The translations under genes were made by a program, and so were the position numbers. Positions 14,085-28,599 of a DNA stretch of 64,000 nucleotides are shown one piece after another. Within the stretch, counting starts at the first letter, position 1. Every line of letters starts with the position of its first letter. Origin of the DNA: Octopus vulgaris (Eukaryota); assembly GCA_951406725.2 (NCBI GenBank), contig OX597825.1, forward strand, positions 87,668,001-87,732,000. Direction: 5' to 3'. The notes beneath the pieces were generated by a model. It saw only the letters and a program-made list of their open reading frames with translations, did no database searches and was not told where the DNA came from.

Positions 14085-14330
14085 TATAAAAACAAAGATT
14101 TGCTCATTGAAATTGAAACAAATCTGGTATCTCAAGGTGGCTAAAATACCTGTAATTATAGATGCACTGGAAATAATAGATAAAGGCAATCAACATTATT
14201 AATGCCTGGCTTACCATCCATGCAAGGAGTGCGAGAGATTGTGTTAACTGGTTCATCGCGCTTATTGAGAAAAGCATTGTTGATGTGAGGACGATTACCA
14301 CCCATCTAAATGATAATGACTTTTTTCTTA
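14085..14330 (+). mobile_element. R4/Dong-like RLE C-terminal fragment
   Basis: KDLLIEIETN.. / WYLKVAKIPVIIDALEIIDK resembles the RLE end K.LW....IPVVIGALG. Follows a TAA tract. Confidence 0.55.
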
Positions 14331-14486
14331 TTTTTTCGCATTTGATTTTGTAAATGGCGTGTTTATTTTAATGACCTATCAATGTATACAGCGATTTTCC
14401 TTGTCCTAGGTGTCTAATAGGCACTCGGCAAGAAAGAGAAACAAAATTGAAAGACCAATGAAAAAAACAATTATAATTCGTCCTAA

Positions 14487-14640
14487 TTTTGGTACAAAAC
14501 CAACAAAATATAACGGGGAGCATTACGTTGATAGTATAGGACCCAGGTACCTGATTGATACCGCTATATATTGACCCCAAAAGGATAAAAGGCATCGGCA
14601 AGGTTTGAAATCAAAATATTAAGCGCTGAAATACTACCAT
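14487..14640 (-). mobile_element. SINE family A remnant
   Basis: ttttggtacaaaaccaac...attgaccccaaaaggataaaaggc...tttgaaatcaaaa. Confidence 0.55.
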
Positions 14641-14894
14641 GCTTTTGTTACGACACTGAGAACTTATTGAAGAAGACAACACTGCTTTTTCAATCCTATA
14701 AAGATTGATAGTATCGTCTATTCGATATATGCAAGGAAAGAAATCATTCGGTAACTTCGGAAGCATTACCATACAGAGGTAAGAACATATTTCGAGACAA
14801 AGAAACATTATTTTCGTATTTGCACACACTTTTACTTGCAAAATACATACATAATTGTAAGTATATTTACATACATATACTGGAATATGTGTAT

Positions 14895-14972
<78 letters not shown>

Positions 14973-15061
14973 GCTTACAATCACATTTGTACATACATAT
15001 ATATTTCTGATTTTCGTAGCTGTTTTGCATAGACAAATACACATGTATGTATATTCATGCA

Positions 15062-15198
<137 letters not shown>

Positions 15199-16899
15199 AT
15201 GTGCCTATATACATGAATATATACATGTGTATGTGTGTTTAGACAAAATGACTATGAGAATTAGAAATGCTGAAGGAAAAAATGATATGAATTGCACCAT
15301 ATGCATAAAAACTGCAGAAGAACATTGCAGAGAAAGACACGCATTCTAAAGAAATGTTGAATTTTCTTTCGGCAATGGCAATAGTCTGAATACTTCCGGC
15401 GAATTTTTTGACGAACAAGCAACACTCGAACAAATTTATAGACCCCCACCACACAGACACGAACACACGCATACACGCGCACCGGAACACAAGCACACAC
15501 ATATGCACATACATACATAAACGCTCATACGTTCTCGCATACACATGCACTAACACGTAGAGATGATTCGATGGCTGTAAAGAAAATAAGCTAACTTCCA
15601 CTGGAGGACCTGTTTTGTTTTCACAATATATATTTATATCGGAAGAGACGAGCTGTAGTCATGCAGCATTTAGATGGAAGCACAATTGTATTGCAGCTTT
15701 ATGTAACAAGTATTGACGCTCTTTTATGAGAAGCTTTACAATATAAACTCTCCTGCCGATGTGTGTGCATTGTGAAAATCGTCGGGCTCCTCAGTGTGAC
15801 ATACAAAATCATATATATGAGCATAAAGATAGAGAGAGAGAGAAAGAAAGAAAGAGAGACAGAGAAAGAGAGACAGAGTGAGTGACAGAATGAGAGAGAG
15901 AGAGAGAGAGATAGCGACAGAGAAGGCGTATTCTATAATATTGTTTTCAAGACTGATAATATAGCGGTACACCTAGGCTCATAATCTAGTTTTATAACAT
16001 GTGGAATAGAAGAATACTTGGGAAGCATAACACCAGATCGCATAACGTTGACACCTTTAGTGAGACGAAGTTAGTAAGCAACATTGTGAGAGAAGAGGAG
16101 ATGAGTGACGACTTAGTGTATCTTTCTGGTCGTACATTGCCGAGAAAACATGTAGGTAACGGCTCTATGATCTACTACTGAATCTCCGGTGTCGGATCAG
16201 GCAAGATTTTCCATAATTGTAAACGATGATGGAATGTACCCAATTCGACATCGGGGATCCTCACAACTATCGTCCAACGTAGAAATTTTGAAGTGGGTTG
16301 CGAGCCAGACATGTTTAAGACTTTGACCAAACATAACCAGGGGTGATTCTTACACGTTATGGAATAAGCACTCGTTATATTAATTTTCTTTATGTTAAGC
16401 ACACCTGTATATAAAGGAATAAGTTCAGTTTTAATAATTTTTTCCTTTAAAAACTACCATTGTTTTCCTTGAACGAGATGCCTCGGTGCGTCAGGTTTTG
16501 AAACCCCAGCTTATTTGTTAGGTGTTATCATTTTAAAAGTAATTGTGAATAAAAAGTTGTTGGAAAAATTAAATGGTACCTACAAACAGATGGTCTACCT
16601 ACCTCACCTATTCAGGTAAATGTAACAATCTTCTAAACGTCTCCCACTGAGAAAGCAATTCAAAGAATAATTTCCTTTCAATAGAAATGGCTTAAGCTAT
16701 GAATTGAACACTCCTTTCTGCTGTGTTGTCCGTTCACAACAAAATCCCAAATCTAGAAATAGACAAAATATTATTGACGACGTTTCTACTTTGCTTTTCC
16801 GTTGTTTAGATGCGTTATAAGCTGTCGTTTCCATTTTTTCTTTTGAAATCTGTTTCCTACTTGCTCAAATTCTGAACACATACGGATGAATTCTGTTTA

Positions 16900-17620
16900 A
16901 GATTAAACTGAATGATACTTTCATGATAATAACTAATGGCCTAATAGATGTGCTTTATTTAGACAAATCTCCATTCCTGGATAGCTTTTATAATTTCAGG
17001 TGAAATTTCACCAACGTTTGCATCTTTATTACACTCTACTGGCTTTATAAACTTTGTGACATCAACTAGTCATTTGATGTTTCTCTCTTTTCCATTTCAA
17101 GATCCCGTTCAGCTGCGACAGTATTGTCTTCATTTTGTAGACTTGATCTATTTTATATTGCTTCAAAAAGTTTCGTCCTTCTATTTTTTATTGCATCATC
17201 TTTTGTCAGAAGCTGATCCAGTGAAAGTCTAGTTGGGGACTGTTGGCCTCACCTGGCAATACATGTAATATCTTTAATTCTGTGATTATTTAATCTAGCT
17301 TTTTTCGGTTTTAGTTTTACCTACAACAACATTCAAGTACTCCTTGTCACAATTAATGAAATTTGCGCAGCCATTTAACCTTCGATATTCCTCCTTTACA
17401 TTAAGTCGTTTTTCACAAAAAATTTCTGCTGCTTTCCATTCAAGTCTTGCTTGATTCCTCTTATGAATCCTGTATCTTGTTTTATTGTTAATTCCACTTT
17501 TCCTCTTCAATTTCCTCTTCGCTTTCAACTTTAGCTGGTTCTTGTAATGTACCTCTTTGTCTCTTTCAGTTCCATCCATTAATATCTTGAGAACATCAAT
17601 TCTGTTTCTACATTCACACT
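16900..17620 (-). mobile_element. Very decayed LINE-like remnant (possibly RTE)
   Basis: K/R-rich minus-strand ORF 17295-17579 followed by weak PG.N.P and GDL...IRPL motifs; only suggestive. Confidence 0.3.
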
Positions 17621-17663
17621 AAGCTCTTAGCTTTAAATTCTTGTCAGCTCCCATTTTCTACCG

Positions 17664-17713
<50 letters not shown>

Positions 17714-18287
17714 AAAGCTCCAAACATGAGATTCAAGTTGACATCTTCCGTTTTAGCTGATTTGTTAACTCGAATATTGTGAGCTGCCTATTGTTGCCAA
17801 TATCGACAGCTCTCTTAAACAATGCCTCTCTTAGCGACACCCTAAATCTTTGATCAATTTAAATGTAATTAGCGAAATCTAGGCGTTCTCTTTCTGAATA
17901 TAATCCAAGTATATTTGTGTTTATTTCACAAGTCAAAGATACATTGCCAATTATCAGTTAGGTCTATAGAATATAAAATCATTCGAAAAGCGCAGTCGAT
18001 TTTCATCGATTACTTAGCCATCCATTCCGAAAACTGTCACAGCTGCATTTCGGTTTGGTATTAAAACCTCCAAGTCACACCACCAAATAAAGTTTCGTTC
18101 TTTTTTCAGCTGTCACTTGAAGCTTGCTACGTATTTCATCTTCCTTGGTGTCTGCCGTTTCATTTGAACATAGGCTGTATACATTTACGAACATTTGCAT
18201 GGACTGGTCTGAGTCTATCACATAAAACACCTGCATTAAATAATTAAAAAGAAACAAAACATTAGAAGTTCCTTACCGAGTCATTGG

Positions 18288-18415
18288 TTCATAAGACCGT
18301 TTTCACGGATTCTGTGGCATAAATATGTCAGCCCTGGTTGGGACGCCGGTCCGTTGCCAGCTGAGTGGACTGGAGCAACATGAAATGAGATGGTTCCTCA
18401 AGAAGATTACACATC
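18288..18415 (-). mobile_element. SINE family C fragment
   Basis: cagctgagtggactggagcaacatgaaatgagatggttcctcaag is the reverse-complement homologue of 34865-34920 (caagcatatcatttcccactgccccaatcaactcagctg). Confidence 0.55.
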
Positions 18416-18522
18416 AAATGGCTTAGAATTTCAAAATTTGGGAAGTGTTGGTTGGATATCTGTTACATGATATCGCTCGATTGTGTGCATATTCAGCCAT
18501 GGCACTTTCAAATTTTATAATT

Positions 18523-18597
18523 GGAAATAATATACTGATGAGATACGTAAGTAAATTTTAAAACATTTTAATCTCGAAACGCGTATATAGTTAATCC
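18523..18597 (+). ncRNA. Minimal type-I hammerhead ribozyme motif (canonical core) in a short element ending at (TA)n
   Basis: ggaaataatata-CTGATGA-ga...tc-GAAA-CGCG-TA-tatagttaatcc. Intact CUGAUGA/GAAA/UA, palindromic ACGCGU stem III typical of PLE HHRs, stem I tata/tata plus distal gga/tcc. Stem II is weak (2 bp in register). Confidence 0.65.
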
Positions 18598-18783
18598 TGG
18601 TCGTGTTGATTCATTGTTTTTCTCTTTGCCTTTGTAAAAAAGTATGGTACCATCATGCAGATTCTTATAGTAGCAGAAAAGGAATTTTAACTCCTATTTC
18701 TAAATTCGGTATGTGGTGAAGCAATTAGCTGAACCCTAATTATAATTATGTTTATAATATATATATATATATATATGTATGAG

Positions 18784-18816
<33 letters not shown>

Positions 18817-20414
18817 AGACACACACATATAGAATTGATATCCTAAATACAACCTAAATTGTGATGGATGCCTCACACTGCAAAACACCACTCTGTAGAG
18901 ATTTTCTTTCATCAAAACCTGATGTATTCGAAATGATTCTGTGTGATGTCTCTGCGAACTTAACGACTCGGAAAGCGAGCGTACCCATTAAGACATTTTA
19001 TTGAAACATTAATTTTTTCGAGTATTATTGATTGGTAGTTTCAATTTGAAAGCAGTGAAACTATATTAAAGAAAATTATGCTTACTTTTAACGATCATGG
19101 CTTATTATGTATTGTATTTTATTTTAAACTCGTTCTATTTTTCTCTAGAGCTGTATTTTTTGATAATATATTTTAATAATTGATAAATATATTTTAATAT
19201 CATATAATCCACTCCAGTTTCTGTTGATAGCCCCAAGACAAATATTGTATAAAATGATATCAAATCATTTGTGTGCTGTATTTCTTTATGTTATATCGTT
19301 TATATTTGTCCACATAATGTTTTCTTATCTGTCTCCGATTGTAAAATACAAATAAGTGACATTAAATTAGTTGAGATATTGCCAATAAACAATAGTCAAG
19401 GGGATCTGATAACGTCGTTTCTGTTTTTCTTTAATATCTCTCAAATTACAGCGACAATGTTTTAGCAGTATAAATAATGTTTTCAACAAAGATTAAGCAG
19501 AATACATGGAGGTTTTCTACCCATAATAAACTCCAATCGGTTGACTCATTTGTACATTCGAAAGAACATTGCCTCAGATAAGTTTTCACCAGCATTTTAT
19601 GTAGGTGACCAATGATGTTTGATGCAACGACAACTAAAAATATGTTTTGTGCGTATTTTTCAAAATCTATTTTTGAGTTTTCAAGGCAGCCACTACCATT
19701 TTGAGAGTTCCTCAGAAGACAAGACATTTCATTTTTAATAGATAAGATTCTCTCAAATGTACACATTAGAATGGTGGTAGAAGAAAGTTAGAAAATGGAT
19801 TGAGTCTTGTTATAAAGAACTGGAATGAACCATCTAATCACTTTCCTTAAAGTTTCTACCTGTCCAATTTTAGGGAGGAGCCTGTTGTCGTTGTTGCGTG
19901 GTACTTATAGAATTCGTTTAGCCAAGGAGAATGTATTGAACTCAATATCTCGTAGTTTTGAATCTAACATCTTAATCACACAGCTATGCTCATAACTCTT
20001 AAGAAAAAGAGGTAATTTATTATTTAGATAGCCGTGCATAATTACTATGAGTTGTTGCGCATCGCTTGTCATAAAATTTGCTTTTCTTTATTGTTTAGTA
20101 ATTACTGTCAATGTCGTTCAGTCAATTCTTTAGTGTAAGCATCTCATGGACGTTTATACTAAAATTCTTAAGTTGCGAATATCTTCTAAGTGTTGTAACA
20201 CATAATTAGAGTTCATGGGTCATTTTCCAGTTCTTTACGCGATATAAGTAAGTCCTTCTGTGAGACGTTATCGCTAAAGAACTGTAAACTCTATGTAGAT
20301 ATTATTTTACAGCAGCAGGTATTGCTCGTTTGAATAATGCATCAGACTCAGAAAGCCGAGAACAATGAACAATTTTGGCCACAAGTGAAGAGAGCATTGC
20401 GTCACACATAAGGC

Positions 20415-20456
20415 AACGCTGCCTCACACGTAAGGGAACGCTGCCTCACACGTAAG
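20415..20456 (+). repeat. 22-bp tandem duplication
   Basis: aacgctgcctcacacgtaag occurs twice, with a degenerate third unit just upstream. Confidence 0.9.
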
Positions 20457-21034
20457 AGGACTTTAAGGCAAACTTAAGAGAAATTTATCTCACCGATCGT
20501 GCATGGAGGAATAAATGGAAATTATACAAGAATGTGACGGAAACAATTATAGCAAGAGAAATATTTCACTTATTGGAATTAATAGATCAATTTTAGATAA
20601 CTTGCCACACGAGGATAAAAATGTTCAAATTTGTATTTCTAGGCTGCAACGTTGTGTCAGATGCAAAAACACCAATATATTGGGACAGATGCCAAGCATT
20701 AAGGTGTTTCGTTTAGTTTGGGGAATTCTCGTTTTTTAAATACAGATATTTTAGGCTTATTATTTATCTACAATTTCTGAAATATTCTACTGAATAACGC
20801 TAATATATTCTATTATCTCTTCTGCGGTTGACGAACAACTATTTTATGTAGACAGTGTTTATGAAGAGACTTGGTTTACAACTGAATTCAGCCAAGAATA
20901 GGTTTGGTCTCAGGCACAAAGCGATATCAGGTGAGAGCAAAGCTGACTCCACTGACAATAAACGCTGTTTGCAGGTGTATTCCTACCTACCTACTTACCT
21001 ACCTACCTACCTACCTACCTACCTACATACATAC

Positions 21035-21066
<32 letters not shown>

Positions 21067-21075
21067 GCGTGTGTG

Positions 21076-21116
<41 letters not shown>

Positions 21117-21374
21117 GTACGTACATATATATGTATATTTATATGCATGTGTGTCTGTGTATGTGTGTGTGTGCATGTGTATACTCAAATATGTATACAT
21201 ATACACACGCATATACATGTAACTGTATGTATTTGCTTAAAATGAAATAATGCTGTTTACAGTTTTTTCTTTTACATGATACGCACGTGTACATCAAAAC
21301 TATTATAAATAGCACACACACACACACACATGCAATACATGTATTTTTTAACCTAGCCAGCTGTTTGAATTATA

Positions 21375-21407
<33 letters not shown>

Positions 21408-21410
<3 letters not shown>

Positions 21411-21629
21411 CTCTTTATTCTTTTACTTGTTTCAGTCATTTGAATGTGGCCATGCTGGAGCACTGCTTTTGTCGATCGGGCAAATCGACCCCAGGACTTA
21501 TTCTTTGTAAGCCTAGTACTTATTCTATCGGTTTCTTTTGCCGAACCGCCAATATACGGGGAAGTAAACACACTAGCATTGGTTGTCAAGCGATGTTGGG
21601 GGGATAAACACAAACACACAAACATGCAC

Positions 21630-21662
<33 letters not shown>

Positions 21663-21838
21663 CACACACATATATACGACGGGCTTCTTTCAGTTTACGT
21701 CTACCAAATCCACCCACAATGCTTTGGCCGGCCTGAGGCTATAGTAGGAGGCACTTGGCCAAGGCGCCACGCAGTGGGACTGAACCCGGAACCATGCGGT
21801 TGGGAAGCAATCTACTTACCACACAGCCACTCCTACGC
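21408..21838 (-). mobile_element. tRNA-derived SINE, family B, near full length
   Basis: Minus strand has A-box tggctgtgtgg, B-box ggttcagtccc, an internal microsatellite and the tail ctccagcatggccac..ctgaaacaagtaaaag. Homologous to 63062-63562. Confidence 0.9.
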
Positions 21839-24800
21839 CAATATTTAGAAACTTTAAACATCTTGTCACATTATCATTCTTTAGCTAACAAGACTGCATA
21901 CATGTTCGTACACACACGCACACACACTCAAACACACTCACCCACGTACGTGCGCGTGTATGTGTACATAAGCGTGTATAGTGTAGCATCTTAGTAACTA
22001 CCATCTAAAATACTCTGGAATCTAATTTTGGTAGACTTTAATAAATCATTTCGGATTACCTATTGGAAATGCGTTATCGTTAAACGTTAGACTCTGCATC
22101 TGATTTTACTAATTCATTACATTGCAATTCGTGACAAAAACACGGCATCCTGTTGGTGTTTAGCCTAAAGCTATTTCGCAAAAGTTCTCCTCTACGATAT
22201 AAGAAGCTGTTATATAACATTCTACGTGGGCGTTCATATATTTTAGTTTTCCATTAATAATGTCAGAAATGTACTTGCAACAAGGGAATCCGCCATAGCT
22301 TCTGGGTGTGTTTCGTAGCCATTTTTAAATAATAGATATTCCCATTATTAGATAAGACTCTCTTCGGCATCATCGTATCCTTAAACATTTCGGGGCATTT
22401 GTAGTGTTGCTTTTCTCATTGAAACTCATTAATACAAGTGATTTCTTCACACGACCTCGTCTCACAGTAGTTTACCGCTTCATTGTATATAGTATTATGA
22501 AAAGTTTGTAACAATTAAGAACGATAAGGTAAAATAATACACAAAATCATCGTCGTAACATCATCTATTTCTCAAAGACGATCACGAACAAAGATTTCCA
22601 TTCTTCCTTCATTGAATGTAGAGTTACTAGAAAGAGTAGAGTCGACTCATAAATTACTCATATCGCAGTTGGCAGTTCCATGTAGAATCATTATCGACTT
22701 CATTTGAAGTCAGCTGACTGTGAAATGACACTTTGTACTGCAGAGTATTATGTCTGGGTTTCATTAGTCATTTTGATTGTCATTTTAAAATTAGCTATTG
22801 CCTTCATTTGCATTATAACAAAATCTACAGATTATAGAAGAGAGAGAGAGAGAGGGGGGTAGAGGGAGAGAAAGAGAAACCAGCTTTACTATGTAGATAC
22901 AAGTCTTTCTCTGCTTATATTAATCATCTTAATAGAGAACATTCATGTAACCAACTCTGCCAGTTTCACACACAACATTCTTATCTTAATATTGTGTCTT
23001 CTATCAGGCACATTAATACTCTTTCACACGATATTAAATGACCTTCAAGTAATATTCAAAAATTTCTACTACCAACCCCGAGACAAGAAAGGTAAATCAA
23101 TCTACACAGCGATCGACAAACTATCAAATACATTTAAATACCTTTGCTTACCGTTACTTTGTTGTTTCTGCCGGTATTTCCGTTCTTATCAAATTGAATA
23201 TTATGAACTTTAATGCTTTAACTTTTGTTATTAAAAAGGAATACGGCCATTTTAGTTGTCTTTGTACTTCTTTATTAATTACATTTAACTCTTCGAATTA
23301 ATATCAGTCCAAGAGATAAACATAGCGTTATCTATCACCTTTCTTATAATGTAAGCCACAATTTCTCTGTCTATTTCATTAAATTTATGATACTTTCAGA
23401 GTTGTTTAATAGGAAGGATTTTGGTGATTTACGACGTGAGCTACGTGTTAATTAGAGATTAATACTTAATACTTAATTTTATACAACAGTATTGCTTCAC
23501 ATTAATTATCATTGGCCAATGGTCATCCTGCTTAATGCGATAATCAACTTGAAGAAATATTTTCCGTAAGATATTCGCCTTTCATACTTATAGATGTGAT
23601 TGTGTCATATGACACCATGAAGAGTTTATGAGTTTCAAAGCAGACCGCTTTAAACCCGTCTTTGAAGTTATCGAGACAGTGTTGCGCAGTGTAAAATATT
23701 TGTAAATTAATCTCTAAGTATCTTTGTAAAATTCTATTTTCTCAAATTTTACGATTGGGGGTGAGCAAAAATTTGGAAAGAAGGACAAAATAGTTTAGAA
23801 AAGGCAAAGTAGATTTAGACTGCATTACACTGACATAAATTAAATCCTCGTTTCGAGAATCACCTTTTGCTGGATATAAAAGACACATTGGTTAAAGTAA
23901 GATTCCTTACAGCGAATACTATTTCAAAAGATGGAAGATCGATGAAATTGTATATATTTTTAATCTTATGTTCGGAAGATGTGATAGCATTTCTAGGGAC
24001 ATGATTGAACTGACGTTAATATATGAATGATTTGGAAAAAACGTTAGATATAAGAATTAAAAGAAGAGAAAGATAGAAAAATGCCCAGACATTTGGTTTT
24101 ATACGTACTTAAATATATTCAGCTTTTCTACGCTGAGATTTACGTTTACAGTCCCCATTCAACGACGAAATAAGTGTGGTAATTACACGTGACCTCGTTT
24201 CTGATACAACCAATGACGAATCAGCAAACATGCAGCTTTAGAAGTCTGTTTAATTACGTCTATTGTCCTTTATTTGAAAATTATCTTAATGGAGTAGCAC
24301 CTAAAATAGAACTATATTTTTTTCTATGGTAACATAATGAGGACCGAAAAAAAGGATCTTCATTTCACGATATTAAAAGCAGTCATAACGTAAATATAGA
24401 CACTGATATAGCCGGTTCCTTAGGCAACGAACTTCCCGACCCATGTCAATTAGCCTCTGAATAAAAAATGCTTGTATTTTAAAGTGTATTTCTTGGATAG
24501 TTCTGCTTTTGCGTTTGTTGCTTTTAAATTTTTCGCTTCTGGCAATCTTACCGCTATCTCAAATAGTCCATCAAAATGGCAACATTCTAATGGTTGCAGT
24601 GCATTAGATTGTCTTCAATTTATTTTGCTCCTAGGAAGATACGCGTTCAAAACAGTGAAATAAATGTTATGCCCTGCGGAAAAGAAGTCTAACGATCAGG
24701 AAGGAACAGTTTATGGCAGAGAGAGGAAATGTTTACATGATGGATAGAGCGAAAGTAGTACGAGAGTATGTTATTCTGGCAGAATAGGAAAAAGGAGGTA

Positions 24801-24997
24801 AGAGAGAAGTAAGAGGCTAGTGGAAATTCGTTCGTATGTATGTATGTATGTATGTATGTATGTATGTATGTATGTATGTATGTATGTATGTATGTATGTA
24901 TGAATGTATGCATGCATGTATGTATGTAAGTATGTATGTATCAATCTATCTATAAATATGTATGTGTGTATGTAAGTATGTATGTATCTATCTATAA

Positions 24998-25049
<52 letters not shown>

Positions 25050-25065
25050 ATGTATATTCAGAGTG

Positions 25066-25620
25066 CAGTGAATAAATTGTCGTCTAAATTACGCAAAAAT
25101 GAAAATAACAGTGACACTTCATTTTAACAAATATATTTACCAAAAGTACATAAAAATATCTTAAAATACTAAAGAGTAAGATTATTCAATAAAATCGGCA
25201 TTGGCTTCAACCACGGCCTCCAGATGGCTTCGGAATCTCCTGCAACTCTTCTGGACAGTCTCCTTGTTTAAGTTGGTGAAAGTTGCCATAATCCTTGCCT
25301 TCAATTCATCTTTGGTGCTACAAGGAGTTCTGTTGGTGTCTCGCACAACTGCACCTCATACATAATCAAGTGGAGTTGCAGTCTGTGTGTTTGTTGACTG
25401 GGAGGGAACAATCATAGCCTGGATCTCACCAGTAAATTCAGGAGTTCTTTTCTGAATTCAACTCTTACCGAATCCTTTGTACTCTCCTCAGATTGACACC
25501 CAAACACTCTGAAATGTTCGTATTGGAGCGAATGCCATGCAGTGCAGCATGCCGTTTCCAAATTTGTGGCAGAGTGAATTGCGTCATGGCGCTGTTTTTC
25601 TTACAGAGGGCACCAGTCGT
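25066..25620 (-). mobile_element. Internally deleted Tc1/mariner-superfamily (maT/DD37D-like) DNA transposon
   Basis: Minus strand: N-terminal HTH-like MTQFTLPQIWKRHAAL..NTNISECLGVNLRRVQRIR and C-terminal DCN.PLDYV*GAVVRDTNRTPCSTKDELKARIMATFTNLNKETVQKSCRRFRSHLEAVVEANADFIE*. End next to TA at about 25066. Confidence 0.75.
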
Positions 25621-25624
25621 TTAA

Positions 25625-27460
25625 ATCGACAAGTTTTTTAGCTCCTATGTGTTCCATGTTTTTCTCAATATTTTTACTCACTGTTCTCAGGGCTCCGACA
25701 ATTATCCGTACTGCTACCACCTTTTACATCGACCACAACTGCGTAATTTCCCAAACTAATGTCACGAAATCGACATTTCTTTCTTCCTGATCGCATTCCT
25801 TGTTGTCAGCTGGGAAAGCTACATCTATGAGCGAGCATCGTTTGCTTTCTTCCTTAATTAAAACTCTGTCTGGTTTCCTATTCTCTATCTCATGGTCGCA
25901 TTTAATCATAAAATCCCATAGGATCTTTGAATTATCATTTTCAACGACACCTTCGGGTTTATGTTGGTCTGGCTTTTTTACCCTGTCAAGTCCATAATTG
26001 TTGCAAAGTGTCCATTGGTCAATCTTTGCTGCATTGTCATGACGTCTCTTATATTCTTTCTGGCCTAGTGGCGTACATTCACAGGTAATATGCTATAGGG
26101 TTTCGCCATTTTCTCCACAATGTTTGCACTTATCACTTTCTGTTGTCTATTCTGAATTTGATGTAATTGGTTCTTAATGCTTGCCCTTGGACAGCACAGA
26201 TTAGAGCCTCCGTTCCCGGTTTTAAATCCCTTTTAGTCATCCATAACCATCTTTTTTGTCTCTCTGTCTTATCCTCAACCCTCCTATAAAATTGTCCAGA
26301 CATTCTTTTCTTTATCCACCTATTTTCAGTTTCATTCATTCTCAGGTCCTTGTGCTATGCTTTATATTTGCAATATTCTATCGTACACAAACCTTACCTT
26401 CTTACTTCCAAAAATAGCGCTTCCGTGGAATTGCTTTTACATACTATGCAATATTGCTTTCCTCTGCTCTTATCCTGTGTTTGTATCCAATCAGTCCACT
26501 TCCCCCTCTTTTTCTTGGTACATACAGTCTGTCTGTGTCACATTTTGGGTGAAGTGTCCTGTATCTAGTTAGCAACTTCCTTGTTTTTCTGTCTAAACTG
26601 TTTAATTCGTCAACTGTCCATGCGATTACCCCTGCTCCATATCTAAGGAGTGAAGCCGTCCAGGTGTTGATAGCTGCAATCTTAATCCGACTGTTTAATT
26701 TCGACTTAAGGATCAGTCTTAGTCTGCGCAAGTACTCTGCCTTAAATTTTTCTGTCATTTATTTCTCCATCAATTTATCCATTTCCAAAATCCCAAAGCA
26801 CTTGTATCACGTCCCTTCTATCTGCTTCAAAACTTCCTCCGACAGTATCGATAGCCCGTCCATACTTTTGATTTTGCGTCTCTTCAATACTATCACACCG
26901 CACTTTCTCAGTCCGATCTCCATTCTGATATCAGCTATGAAGGTATACACCGTATTAACGAGGGGATTTGGGATTCACCATAAAGTTAGATGTCATCCAT
27001 GAATAACAAATGGTTGACTTTTGTTGGCGGCATTTGAATACATACCCAGCGTTTGCTTACCTCAGAATCAGCGTGAGTGGTATAAAGCACAATACAAAGA
27101 TCAGTGGTGACAAGCAGAAGATGCATCTGATTTCCCTAAACGTCTTCCATATGCTGTCAGTTCCGTCTTCCACTTCGCCATACTTTTTCCAACCAATCGA
27201 TCAACATTCGATGCAATCCCAAATTATTTCATACACTCCATAATCCAAGAATGTGGGATCATATCGTACGGTTTACGATAAACCATCCACGACCTAGCTA
27301 AGTTACTTTTCCTCGTCTTGCAGTCTCTAAGTACAGTTTTGTCTACTAGGAGTTGATCTTTGGTATCTCTGCACTTATGCTTGCAACCCTTCTGCTCACG
27401 TGGCAGAACTCCATTTCTTTGCAGATGTGCATACATTGACTCTGCCAGTCAATAACTGCC
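25625..27460 (-). mobile_element. R4/Dong-like non-LTR retrotransposon: RT + CCHC + RLE (frameshifted, both ends truncated)
   Basis: [143 protein letters not shown]. Confidence 0.92.
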
Positions 27461-28599
27461 ACTTAAGGGGCCAAATAGGATATTCGCCGATTAAGTCTCC
27501 ACCGTTTTCTCTTTTTCGATGTTTTTCAAGCACAGCACTACCCAACCAATTCTCAACAATTCTTCTTCTTCTTTTTCCTCTTCTTCTTCTTCTTTTTCTC
27601 CTCCCCTCCCCACACCTTTTCCTTCTTCTTCGTCTTCGTCTGCTTCCTCTCTGCCCCCTCCTCCCCTCCCCTCCTTTTGAAACCATTCTGTTTCTCATTT
27701 GTTTTCATTATTGTTCTGTAATAATTCGCTTGGTGCGACTAGGAATTCTGGAATTACAATATCCGCGTGTTATCACTTGTCTAGTATTCTAGAGATTCTC
27801 ATTAGCTGAAACAAATTAAGTGCACAGCAAAAAATAACAATTCATTAATGTAGGATTAAGCAGAATTAGGTTGCATTAATAAAAAGAAACCTGTTACATA
27901 TTTTTCAATAGTACACAGTAAACTTCTGCACCACTTTCTGTCCTCCGTGAAACAATTAAACCTCACTTTTTAGGCAACTTAATGTCATTGCTTCTTCTCA
28001 TTTCGTGGAGTGTTTCCCTACCTTTGACCATCGATAAAGTAATACATTCACAAATGCTATTTTGTAATCCAAAAACGACCACTCCTCGCCACTACGTTCG
28101 AAACTATTGCTGTCATTAATGGTGCTTCCTTTGCGACTAATGCATTTGCTGTTAAAGGCCTGAATGGCACTGTATAAGAAATGCTTTTACCAGCCAACCT
28201 CTTTGTTCATCTGCAATAAATGAATGTCTATTTGTGATGTCTTTTAAATTGAGAATCTGAAACATTGAATTATAACAGCGTGAATTGCTTACCTACAAAT
28301 GTTCTGGGAAAATATTCCCGCTATTTGCAATAACTTTTTGCCACGTTTTTCGAAATACAAGAATATAATATAGCTGGTCTGAATATTAAAGCCCTCTGAG
28401 TTCCAGTGGTGACGTTAGGTTTAGAATTTTGGTTTTCGATACTTTCTGATAATTTTCCTCAACTTCATATAACATCGACTATCTCTTGTGCGCACGCTTA
28501 CATCCATACGATGATTTGGGATAGAGAGTAGAAACTGTGTTCGGTTGTGGAGATTATCTGCCCAGCTGGATTTTAATATAAAGCTGGGGACCAGTGAAC

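Noticed and set aside
18075-18231. Minus-strand acceptor-like site with an open frame (possible terminal exon)
   Set aside because: No recognisable protein and no compatible partner exon; such sites are common in AT-rich DNA.
21760-21838. tRNA gene suggested by A/B boxes in SINE heads
   Set aside because: No full cloverleaf; the head continues into the SINE body shared by multiple copies.
28021-28211. Minus-strand acceptor/donor pair
   Set aside because: All three frames contain stops.
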